A DNA stretch of 64,000 nt from contig CAMYON010000029.1 of NCBI GenBank assembly GCA_947260025.1, positions 10,243 to 74,242 on the forward strand, in the 5' to 3' direction. This document shows, in pieces, positions 1 through 8,409 of this stretch. A program made the position numbers and the translations under genes. Every line of letters begins with the position of its first letter. Position 1 is the first letter of the stretch. The notes under the pieces were generated by a model, which had not been told where the DNA came from, did no database searches, and saw only the letters and a program-made list of their open reading frames with translations. Source of the DNA: an uncultured Gammaproteobacteria bacterium. Its GTDB lineage: Bacteria > Pseudomonadota > Gammaproteobacteria > GCA-001735895.

Positions 1-3000
1 CGGGAATCTTTCGCCGAGACGAGTGTTAACCTGCTCGAAGGTTTCCTTGAAACGATCCCTGGTTTCGCGATCGATCTTGCGGATCGCGTCCTCGAGCGTT
101 TCGAGGGCAGAGATCAGGTCCGCGTGCTGGGCGTCCAGATACTGCTTGCGTTCCGCCTGTTCCTGGTATTCCTCGATCGCCGCCAGGTTGATCGGACCCA
201 GCCGCTCGATGCGATTGTTCAGCTTATCCAGGCGCCGGCTCCATTCCTGCAAATCGGCTTCCGGGTCGAGGTTTTGCTGCAACTCGTCCATATCCTGGCC
301 GGACTTCTGCAGCTGCTCTTCGATCGTGGTGCCACGGATTCTGGCTTCCTGCAGCTGCAGTCGTTCCTGCTCGAGCTCGTTACGCATTTCATCGACGCGA
401 TGCTGCTGCTTGTGGCGCTCACCTTCCAGCTCACGCTGGCGATGATCGAGCTCGCTGACCTTCTGCTGCGACTGCTGGAGTTCCTGCTCGTTCTGATTGC
501 GCTGCTGCAACAACTCCTGCAGCGCAGATTCGAGCTCGACGATCGGGTCATCGGCACCATTGATCGCGCTGTCGAGTTCTTCGATTCGCCGAGTAAACTG
601 TTCGTTTTGCTGTCTGATCCGATCGATATTTGACGACGTTGCGCGCTGTTCCGATTCCAGCGCCTGATGTTTAATCTGCTGCTCGTGCGCGCTTTCCTGC
701 GCCTGCTGCAGGTTTTCACGACTGTCGGCAAGTTTCTGTTGTAACTGGGTTTTTTGCTCTAGCAGGCCGCTTTCCAGTTCCGACATTTGTGTAATCTGCG
801 CCAGAAAGTCGTTGCGCTTGGCGCTGTTAGACTGCAGTTCGGTGGTGTGCCCGGCTTTTAAATCGTCGAGCTCTGTCAATTCGCCATTTATTTGTTGGCG
901 CCGATTCTGCACCTGCTCCGCGTGGCTCAACTGCTCCCCCAGTTGCTGACGCAGCTCGGATAGCTGATGCTGTAAACCGGCAAGCAACTGCTGATCCCGA
1001 TCCCATTCCTGCTCCAGCAGCTGCAGGCGCTGGCGGTCCCCGTCATAACGCGATTTCAGGGCCATCGCGGATTGAGTGATGTTGCCCAGGCGCTGCTGGA
1101 TATCCTCGATTTCCTGGGACCGCGCGAGCATGCCGGCGTGTTCGTCTTCGTCTCCCAGCTGCAGCAACCAGTTACCGCCAGCCCACAGGCCCTGCGGCGT
1201 CACCAGGCTTTCGCCCGATTTCAACTGCGGTCGCTTGGCGCGCAAATCTTCCAGGTCGGGGCATAGATAAATGCCTTCGAGAATAGCCGACAGGTCGACT
1301 TCACAATCGACCAGATCGGCCAGCCTGCCCCAGTTGCGCTCGGCCGCGCGTGCCGCTACCGGTTCGCAATCGAACACCGTCAGATTATGATTCGGCACAA
1401 ACGCGTCCGGTATCACTTCCCCCGGCTGCACGCAATAGGCGCCGAGATACGGTGCCAGCACGACTTCGAGCGCCTTTTCGATATTGCCCTTGGCCTTGAT
1501 CAGACCGGCCAGGCGCCGGGTCGAATCGATATTGTTGCGTTGCAACCAGTCCTTGATTTCATCGCTGGTTTCGGCAAGCACGTGTTGCTGCAGGGCTTCC
1601 AGTGAACTCAGACGACCGCGCAGGGTCTGCACCTGGTTACGACGCTCATCGAGCTCGTTGGACGAATGCTCGCAGCTGCCGCGCAGTTTTTGAATTTCGT
1701 CGGCGCGGGCCTGCAATTGCGCCATGGTCGCGGCATATTCCTCCGACCTGGCATCGACATTAGCCTGGAGCTCATCGATTTCCTGGGCCGCGGCGGTCGC
1801 GTCGAGCGTGTCGAGTTCCTGTTGCAGCCTCGTGCGCTGCTGGTCGGTGCGCTGCACCTGGCGCTCGATGTGCTCGATACCCCGGTTTTCGATCTGGGCG
1901 GCCTCGTGCACCTGGTGAAACTCTCGCCGAAACTGATCCCACAGCTCCTGCCATTCCTGCATTTTCTGTTCTGCCTGCTCCAGCGCCTGTTGCTGCTGCT
2001 GCAAATTATCGCCGCTGGTTTCGAGCCCCGGTGCAATTTCTTCGAGCTGCTGCTTCAGCTGCTGCAATCGAGCCTCGTCGCTGGTCAGGATTTTCTGCGC
2101 ATCCTGCAGCGATTGCTCGATGCCCGCCAGTTCCTGGCGATTAAGCTGGCGCAGGTTCTTCTGGTGCTCTATCGCCTGTTCCTTGCCGGAAATCTCCGAA
2201 CCAAGCTTGTAATAGCGCCCCTGCACCTCGTTATGCTGCTCGCTGGCCTCGGTCAGTTGCTGCCGTGATTGCTCGATTTCTCGTTCGGTTTCGCGCAATG
2301 CCGCGGTGCGTTCTTCCATGGCGTTCTCGGAACTGGCGAGCTTGCGCCGCTGCACCTCGAATTCGTCGTCGAAGACCTGTTTCTGTAACAGCAGGCTTTC
2401 GGCTTCGAGCCGGCGCTGATCCTGTTTCAGTGTCTTGTACTTCTCCGCGGTTTTCGATTGCCGATCGAGCCGGGTCAATTGCTTGTCGATCTCTTCGATC
2501 AAATCGATCAGGCGATCGAGATTTTCGCGCGAATGCCTGATACGCGTCTCGGTTTCGCGACGCCGCTCCTTGTACTTGGATATCCCGGCCGCTTCCTCCA
2601 GGTAAACCCTGAGCTCATCCGGTTTGGCGTCGATTACACGGCTCACCATGCCCTGCTCGATAATGGAATAGCTGCGCGGGCCGAGGCCGGTACCGAGAAA
2701 TATGTCGGCGATATCGCGCCGGCGACAGCGGGTATTGTTTAAGAAATACTTGGATTTACCCGCGCGGGTGGCAATGCGCTTCACCGATATTTCGTTGTAC
2801 TTCGCATATTCTCCCTTGACCCGGCCATCCGAATTATCGAATACCAGTTCCACCGAAGCCTGTCCTACCGGCTGGCGACTGGAGGAACCGCTGAAAATGA
2901 CGTCTTCCATCGATTCGCCCCGCAGGTTGCGAGCCGAGGATTCACCCATAACCCAGCGCACCGCATCGATGACGTTGGATTTACCGCAGCCGTTGGGACC

Positions 3001-3090
3001 GACGATGGCGGTGATGTTTGCTGGAAAGCCGATCGTGCTAGGGTCCACGAACGACTTGAAGCCGGAAATCTTGATTTGACTGAGACGCAT
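1..3090 (-). CDS. smc: Chromosome segregation protein SMC (3' end beyond left window edge)
   Basis: Missing from the ORF track because no stop lies in the window. Manual translation from ATG at 3090: MRLSQIKISGFKSFVD...AIVGPNGCGKSNVIDAVRWVMGESSARNLRGESMEDVIF (Walker A), GTGLGPRSYSIIEQG, long coiled coils, LGPINLAAIEEY. Confidence 0.96.
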   Translation of the reverse strand, partial: MRLSQIKISGFKSFVDPSTIGFPANITAIVGPNGCGKSNVIDAVRWVMGESSARNLRGESMEDVIFSGSSSRQPVGQASVELVFDNSDGRVKGEYAKYNEISVKRIATRAGKSKYFLNNTRCRRRDIADIFLGTGLGPRSYSIIEQGMVSRVIDAKPDELRVYLEEAAGISKYKERRRETETRIRHSRENLDRLIDLIEEIDKQLTRLDRQSKTAEKYKTLKQDQRRLEAESLLLQKQVFDDEFEVQRRKLASSENAMEERTAALRETEREIEQSRQQLTEASEQHNEVQGRYYKLGSEISGKEQAIEHQKNLRQLNRQELAGIEQSLQDAQKILTSDEARLQQLKQQLEEIAPGLETSGDNLQQQQQALEQAEQKMQEWQELWDQFRREFHQVHEAAQIENRGIEHIERQVQRTDQQRTRLQQELDTLDATAAAQEIDELQANVDARSEEYAATMAQLQARADEIQKLRGSCEHSSNELDERRNQVQTLRGRLSSLEALQQHVLAETSDEIKDWLQRNNIDSTRRLAGLIKAKGNIEKALEVVLAPYLGAYCVQPGEVIPDAFVPNHNLTVFDCEPVAARAAERNWGRLADLVDCEVDLSAILEGIYLCPDLEDLRAKRPQLKSGESLVTPQGLWAGGNWLLQLGDEDEHAGMLARSQEIEDIQQRLGNITQSAMALKSRYDGDRQRLQLLEQEWDRDQQLLAGLQHQLSELRQQLGEQLSHAEQVQNRRQQINGELTELDDLKAGHTTELQSNSAKRNDFLAQITQMSELESGLLEQKTQLQQKLADSRENLQQAQESAHEQQIKHQALESEQRATSSNIDRIRQQNEQFTRRIEELDSAINGADDPIVELESALQELLQQRNQNEQELQQSQQKVSELDHRQRELEGERHKQQHRVDEMRNELEQERLQLQEARIRGTTIEEQLQKSGQDMDELQQNLDPEADLQEWSRRLDKLNNRIERLGPINLAAIEEYQEQAERKQYLDAQHADLISALETLEDAIRKIDRETRDRFKETFEQVNTRLGERFP

Positions 3091-3257
3091 TGCAGCGAGC
3101 AATTCCAGGTAATATTTTTGCGGGGCGAGTATACCATCTGCATTACTCGCCAGCAGTAATTCCCCGCAAATAATTGCCTATTCCGCAGGCCGATATATAA
3201 TGGCGCGCCGCGGGCCGCGATGCGTCGTCCGCCCGATATCAATCTTGAGCAAACAAT

Positions 3258-3647
3258 ATGAGCACCGAGCCTTCCACCGCGCTGGACACCTTTGAAAATC
3301 CGAACCCGGAACGTGATTACACGATCCACATCGATACCCCCGAGTTTACCTGCCTGTGCCCGCTTACCGGACAGCCGGATTTCGCCACGATCGAGATCGA
3401 GTACGTGCCGGACCAGCGATGCCTGGAACTCAAGGCATTGAAGCTGTACTTCTGGACTTATCGCGACCGCGGTGCGTTTCACGAGGCGGTTACCAACCAG
3501 ATCCTGTCTGACCTGGTCGCAGCGACGGCGCCACGCTTCATGCGTATCAACGCCGAGTTTAACGTGCGAGGCGGGGTTTATACCCGCATCGCGGTCGAAC
3601 ATCGCGCCGATGGCTGGACCGCCCCGGAACCGGTGCAATTACCCTAG
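3258..3647 (+). CDS. queF: NADPH-dependent 7-cyano-7-deazaguanine (preQ0) reductase, short type
   Basis: [27 protein letters not shown] and RGG motifs. Confidence 0.95.
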   Translation: MSTEPSTALDTFENPNPERDYTIHIDTPEFTCLCPLTGQPDFATIEIEYVPDQRCLELKALKLYFWTYRDRGAFHEAVTNQILSDLVAATAPRFMRINAEFNVRGGVYTRIAVEHRADGWTAPEPVQLP

Positions 3648-3658
3648 GCCGACTGGCG

Positions 3659-4411
3659 ATGCTGGCCGACATCACGACGGGCACCCGGGCACTGGCACGC
3701 GCGTTCAGCCTGCTCAACCTGCCCGGGGTGCGTATTTACGTGGTCATCCCGTTGCTGATCAATTTTCTGCTGTTCGGCTTCCTGATCTGGTATGGGCACA
3801 GCCTGTTTACGCCGTTCGTCGACTGGCTGATGTCCTTCGTGCCAGGCTTCCTGGATTTTCTCGAAACCCTGATCTGGCTGTTTTTCGGCGTGCTGGCCGC
3901 AATGACGGTGTTTTTTGCCTTCACCCCGGTGGCCAATATCGTCGCCGCACCTTTCAACGCCTTGATGTCGGAAAAAATCGAGACGCAGCTTACCGGGCGC
4001 GCGGTCTCGTCCGACATCAGCTTCATGAAGATGGCGATCGACGCGATCGGTTCGCAGTTACGCAAGCTGGGGTATATTGCGCTGTGGGCACTGGGACTGT
4101 TCCTGGTCACGCTGATTCCCGGCATCAACCTGATTGCGCCGGTGCTGTGGGTGGTTTTTGGCTCCTGGCTGCTGTCGCTCGAGTACTTCGACTACCCGAT
4201 GGGAAATCACGACATCGTCTTCTCCGAGCAAAAACGGCGCCTGTCGCAGCGACGCGGCATCTCCCTCGGCTTCGGCGGCGGCGTCATGATCATGACCAGC
4301 ATCCCGATCGTGAATTTCTTCGCCATGCCGGTCGCCGTTGCCGGCGCCACCCTGCTCTGGGTCGAACAGTTCCAGCCTAACCAAGCCTCAAACACCGCAT
4401 CACACCAGTAG
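3659..4411 (+). CDS. cysZ: Sulfate transporter CysZ / EI24-domain membrane protein
   Basis: Hydrophobic; ANIVAAPFNALMSEK and LEYFDYPMGNH motifs; next to queF and smc. Confidence 0.85.
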   Translation: MLADITTGTRALARAFSLLNLPGVRIYVVIPLLINFLLFGFLIWYGHSLFTPFVDWLMSFVPGFLDFLETLIWLFFGVLAAMTVFFAFTPVANIVAAPFNALMSEKIETQLTGRAVSSDISFMKMAIDAIGSQLRKLGYIALWALGLFLVTLIPGINLIAPVLWVVFGSWLLSLEYFDYPMGNHDIVFSEQKRRLSQRRGISLGFGGGVMIMTSIPIVNFFAMPVAVAGATLLWVEQFQPNQASNTASHQ

Positions 4412-4448
4412 TGGTTCTACTCTAATACTTTCTGCTATCCCTTCGATC

Positions 4449-4643
4449 GGCAACCGCCGGAACCCCGCGCGACTGACAGGGTGGCCTGCGGCTTCCCGAA
4501 AAAGGGTGAATTTTTTAGGGCAAGGCGATACGCGACGTCCCTGTCGCGAATCGCCACAGGCCACGTCCATGTGGCCTGACCCTAAAAAATTCACCCTTTT
4601 TCGGCACCCTGTCTTTAGGTCGCGCGGGGTTGCGGCGGTTGCC
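4449..4643 (-). repeat. Structured palindromic element copy A (195 bp; long form with two AYGGAY-like hairpins on the - strand)
   Basis: Nested inverted repeats: 25-bp outer arms 4449-4473/4619-4643 (1 mismatch), 9-bp stem, perfect 25-bp inner arms 4496-4520/4580-4604, two terminal hairpins. Homologous to the reverse complement of 4866-5060. Confidence 0.9.
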
Positions 4644-4686
4644 TTTCAGAATCCAAAGTTTGTAAAGTCGTAGCTCCAGTATCTAA

Positions 4687-4773
4687 ACCCCAGGACGCCT
4701 GGGGTCAGACCCCGGTTTTCGCCAACGCTTTCGTACCCGGCCACCCATAGTTCCAAAACCGGGCTCTGACCCC
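4687..4773. repeat. REP-like palindrome of GGGGTCAGACCCC type
   Basis: GGGGTCAGACCCCGGTTTT (4701-4719) and AAAACCGGGCTCTGACCCC (4755-4773) form a 19-bp inverted repeat with 1 mismatch; it overlaps the hairpin ACCCCAGG-ACG-CCTGGGGT (4687-4705). Confidence 0.7.
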
Positions 4774-4865
4774 TTCGAAGCGACCTGGCACATTAATCAA
4801 TCGAAGCACATTGTTTCAGTCTGAATACAGCGACAGATTGACCTTCTGATAATTGGGCAACCAGA

Positions 4866-5060
4866 GGCAGCTGGCACGGTTCACCGCAACCTAAAGACCG
4901 GGTGCCGAAAAGGCTCGTTTTTTAAAGGGTCAGGTGGCATGGACGCCACCTGTGGCGATCCGCGACATGGATGTCGCGTATCGCCTTGCCCTTTAAAAAA
5001 CGAGCCTTTTCGGGAAGCCGCAGGCCACCCGGTCAGTCGCGGTGAACTGTGCCAGCTGTC
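4866..5060 (+). repeat. Structured palindromic element copy B (195 bp; TwoAYGGAY-like hairpins on the + strand)
   Basis: Outer arms 4866-4890/5036-5060, perfect inner 25-bp arms 4905-4929/4989-5013, loops ATGGAC (4939-4944) and ATGGAT (4967-4972). Inverted partner of copy A. Confidence 0.9.
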
Positions 5061-5084
5061 GGATTGATTGAAGACCGACTCAGG

Positions 5085-5912
5085 CTAGATGTTTATTGGA
5101 GGGAGATTTAACGGTTGGCCGCGCTGCTGGCGTTCGGCTTCTGGCAGGATATCCGTGCCGGGCCAGAGGCCGTCGCCCAGCGCCTGGCCGTACTCGGACA
5201 TGCCGACGGCGATGGTCGATTGTCGGCTGGCCTGGTAATCGTAGTCGAGGCGGTGCCAGCTGACCTGCAGGGCCGAGTCGACCGCTTCGATCAGCATGCA
5301 CCAGCCATGGCTGCCGCCGTCGTTCGCAGGCATGCCGATCACACCGGCGTTGAGCCAGTGGTAATCCTCGATTTGCTGCCCGAACGGGATGCCGCAATGG
5401 CCGCCGATCACGACATCGACCCCGGACTGGCGAATCTGCGCCAGCTTGGGCGCCGCATCCTGCGAAGCGAAGACGAATTCATTGATGCTCGTCGGGCTGC
5501 CATGAACCGCCTCGAAACGTTTGCCATGCATCTCGAACTCGATACTGCGCGGCAGGGACTGCATCCAGCGTCGCTGCGCCGGCGTCACTAAGCGGCTGGC
5601 ATATTGGTACCAGGTAATTGCCAGGGCGGAACAGCTGCTGCCCTCTTCGAAGCCGCAACCGCAATCCGGTTCGCTGAAGGCCAGCGACTCTTCGCAGTTG
5701 CCCATGACCACCTGAATGCCCCAGTCACGGATCAGATCGAGTGTTTGCACCGGTTCGGCGCAGTAGGCTACCAGGTCCCCGGTGCAGATAACCCGTTCTG
5801 CCGGAATGTCGAGTTCCAGCGCACGCCGCTGCATCGCTTCGGTCGCCGCCAGATTACTGTAGGGCCCACCGAATACGAGCAGCCTGTCAAAGATGGTGCC
5901 TGTATCAGTCAT
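5085..5912 (-). CDS. Calcineurin-like metallophosphoesterase family protein
   Basis: GGPYSNL, CTGDLVAY, MGNCE, VHGSP, GGHCG and NAGVIG motifs; likely ATG at 5912. Confidence 0.8.
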   Translation of the reverse strand: MTDTGTIFDRLLVFGGPYSNLAATEAMQRRALELDIPAERVICTGDLVAYCAEPVQTLDLIRDWGIQVVMGNCEESLAFSEPDCGCGFEEGSSCSALAITWYQYASRLVTPAQRRWMQSLPRSIEFEMHGKRFEAVHGSPTSINEFVFASQDAAPKLAQIRQSGVDVVIGGHCGIPFGQQIEDYHWLNAGVIGMPANDGGSHGWCMLIEAVDSALQVSWHRLDYDYQASRQSTIAVGMSEYGQALGDGLWPGTDILPEAERQQRGQPLNLPPINI

Positions 5913-6049
5913 CGTTGTCCTGAAGTATGAATAGAATTGCCGCAATCCTCGCGGGCGCGGTCAAAATACGGTCACAAACCACACTAGGACCTTGACCGGA
6001 ATTTAAAAGTTCGCATACTGCAGGCGTATTCCCTGATACGGATCCGAAT

Positions 6050-6847
6050 GTGCGCCCTGCCCTGTTAATACTGATGTTGCTCTACCTGTTACCCGCCGGA
6101 GCGCAACCCCGACAGTTGCTGGTACCCGGCGGCATCGCGGTGATCGAACTCGGCAGCGATGACCCGGCAGAGTACCGGTTTCGCGGCAAGCCGGTGCTGG
6201 TCACGAAGATCGCCGGGGTACCGAGCGCGCTGGTCGGACTGCCGTTAAGCCTGAAACCGGGCGAGCACTACATCGAGGCGCGCGCCAGCGACAAGATTCA
6301 CAAGAAGTTTTTCGAGGTCGGGGGAAAAAAATACACCACCCAGCATATTACCATCACCGACGACCGCAAGGTAAATCCCTACGCCAGCGATATGGAGCGC
6401 ATTCTCGCTGAAAAAGCGCGCAAACAAAAGGCACGTAACCATTATTCGAAGGGCGCGGTCGACGTCGATTTCCTGTCACCGGTATCCGGGGTGCGCAGCG
6501 GTAGCTTCGGGCGGCGCCGGGTATTCAACGGGCAACCGCGCAGGCCTCACAGCGGTATGGATATCGCGGCCGCTACCGGCACCCCGATCGTGAACCCCAG
6601 CGCGGGTACGGTGATCGAACTGGGTGACTTCTTTTTCAGTGGCAACCTGGTTTACATCGATCACGGGCAGGGCCTGATTTCGATGTTCGCCCATCTCAGC
6701 GAGATCGACGTCAAGCTGGGAGAACGCGTGGTCAAGGGACAGGTCGTCGGCAAGGTCGGTGCCACCGGTCGCGTTACCGGGCCCCACCTGCACTGGAGCC
6801 TGGGGCTAAACGGAACCTGGATCGATCCAGCCCTGTTCATCGAATAG
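6050..6847 (+). CDS. M23 family peptidoglycan DD-metalloendopeptidase
   Basis: Signal peptide; HSGMD (HxxxD) and TGPHLH (HxH) motifs. Confidence 0.9.
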   Translation: MRPALLILMLLYLLPAGAQPRQLLVPGGIAVIELGSDDPAEYRFRGKPVLVTKIAGVPSALVGLPLSLKPGEHYIEARASDKIHKKFFEVGGKKYTTQHITITDDRKVNPYASDMERILAEKARKQKARNHYSKGAVDVDFLSPVSGVRSGSFGRRRVFNGQPRRPHSGMDIAAATGTPIVNPSAGTVIELGDFFFSGNLVYIDHGQGLISMFAHLSEIDVKLGERVVKGQVVGKVGATGRVTGPHLHWSLGLNGTWIDPALFIE

Positions 6848-6936
6848 CATTACACGATACCCGGCGCGATGATGCACCGTCCATGCACGCTGCTGGATAG
6901 CCTCGGCGCAGCAGAGACCCGGTGAGATATTACCGG

Positions 6937-7509
6937 CTAGAACGTGAGGCGCACGCCAAAATGGATGTTGTCGTCGTCGGCCTCGTAATCACCGTCATCC
7001 CCTTCGATCTCGAGATGCCGTACCCCGACGAACGCTATCGTCTGCGGCAGCGCTTCGATCTGGAATCCGACGGTATAATCGGTCACTTCCTCGGTATCGC
7101 CGAAGCTCGTGATTTCCGGGGCGTAGTAACCTTCCACGTAAACGGCCATCGGCATGGTGCCGGCTATGGTATACCTGACCTGGCCACCGATTGCGAAGGC
7201 GAACACGTCTTCATCGGGATCGTCGAGCGTACCAAGATAACCCTTTACCCCGACGCCGAAAGTCAGCGGATTTTCCTCCGAGGCCTGGCGCATCTGCAGC
7301 AGACTCGCCTGCAGGATGAAATCGTCGTCTTCATTGTAAAACAGGCCGAGTGCCAGGTCGGATCCACCCCAACCGATCAGGCTTGAATCAGAGCGAAACG
7401 TAAACTGGGCAGTTTCCTGGCTTAGCGCGGCTTCGAAATCGTTGGCATTGGCATTTGACAGGCTTGTAACCAGGAGCAGGCCGAGAGCGATCGGGCGAAA
7501 CAGATTCAT
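6937..7509 (-). CDS. YfaZ family outer-membrane beta-barrel protein
   Basis: Signal peptide, YYAPEITSFGD motif, C-terminal Phe (GVRLTF). Confidence 0.75.
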   Translation of the reverse strand: MNLFRPIALGLLLVTSLSNANANDFEAALSQETAQFTFRSDSSLIGWGGSDLALGLFYNEDDDFILQASLLQMRQASEENPLTFGVGVKGYLGTLDDPDEDVFAFAIGGQVRYTIAGTMPMAVYVEGYYAPEITSFGDTEEVTDYTVGFQIEALPQTIAFVGVRHLEIEGDDGDYEADDDNIHFGVRLTF

Positions 7510-7623
7510 GACGGTACCGAGGTAAAAAATTCCGCGCAATCATAGCATAGGCTTTGGCGTCGTTGCCGCTCGAAACAGCAATATTCCAAATAATTTACTT
7601 TGTCGCCGCGGGCGCGGCGAAAC

Positions 7624-8331
7624 CTATTGTTCGTGACTATTGAACAGTGGCGTGACGGGTGCGGATTCACTCACGACCGGGGAATCGAGCCAGCGAATAA
7701 TCGGCGCCCATTGCTCCTTGTCGATCTTGTTGCGGGAGGTTGGAATTTCCTGTACGCCGATTCCCATTTCGATCGCGCGGGCATACAGTTGTGTATCGCG
7801 CAGGCTCGAAATAAACGGGATATTCAGACTGAACAGGAAGCGCTCCAGCGAATGATACATCAGGGTGTTTTTACGCACCCGGTTGGCCACCACCGCCAGT
7901 CGGATCATCTTCTTGCGTGCCCGCCCGGTGGTCAGCAGAGCCTTGATGAAATGGGCGGTGGCGTGGATGTCGATCGGCGACGGCAATACCGGGATTAGTA
8001 CCGAATCGTTTTGCTGAAACAGAATGGCGAGTTCGGCGATATCGGCCCCGGCCGGCGAATCGATAATGGCTACATCGGTTTCGGGCGGAATCCGTAACTG
8101 CCAGGAACGCGTCAGGCGGTGATCGGCATTCCTGGAGGCATCGACACCGAAAATTGTTACCGCGTCTTCGGGTCGACGGTTGATCCAGGCCAGCGAAGAA
8201 CCCTGGGAGTCATGGTCGAACAGGCGAACATTTTTGCCCAGTCGCGCATAATGCGAGGCAATGTTCGTGGTAATAGTCGTCTTACCACAACCGCCCTTGG
8301 CGTTGGTAACCATGATTCGCTGTAAACCCAT
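7624..8331 (-). CDS. ParA/MinD-like ATPase (stand-alone)
   Basis: Deviant Walker A NAKGGCGKTT, DHDSQGS, IIDSPAG, PVLPSPID. Confidence 0.85.
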   Translation of the reverse strand: MGLQRIMVTNAKGGCGKTTITTNIASHYARLGKNVRLFDHDSQGSSLAWINRRPEDAVTIFGVDASRNADHRLTRSWQLRIPPETDVAIIDSPAGADIAELAILFQQNDSVLIPVLPSPIDIHATAHFIKALLTTGRARKKMIRLAVVANRVRKNTLMYHSLERFLFSLNIPFISSLRDTQLYARAIEMGIGVQEIPTSRNKIDKEQWAPIIRWLDSPVVSESAPVTPLFNSHEQ

Positions 8332-8409
8332 ATCCTAAAGTCTATGCTGAAATGGGCCATTTTTTCAGGATTTTTGCGAAATTCGGGCTGATTTTTTAAC
8401 TCAGTCTCG

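Noticed and set aside
23-3079. Many + strand Leu/Ser-rich ORFs
   Set aside because: Antisense shadows of the smc coiled coil; similar long shadow ORFs lie opposite der, hisS, rlmN, hom and dusA.
4338-4673. ORFs 4338-4673 (+) and 4400-4594 (-) sharing similar peptides (PKKFTLFR, NFLG)
   Set aside because: Artefacts of translating the palindromic element A on both strands.
4449-5060. Elements as CRISPR repeats, tRNA, 6S RNA, SRP RNA or hammerhead ribozyme
   Set aside because: No direct repeat-spacer periodicity or cas genes; no T-loop or CCA; no SRP GGAA-loop domain; no CUGANGA...GAAA core; no recognisable 6S signature.
4412-5084. Elements as simple bidirectional terminators, or a classical MITE with target-site duplication
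   Set aside because: They are far larger and more conserved than a terminator needs and have no U-tracts at the stem bases; no target-site duplication was found at either locus. Incidental termination is not excluded.
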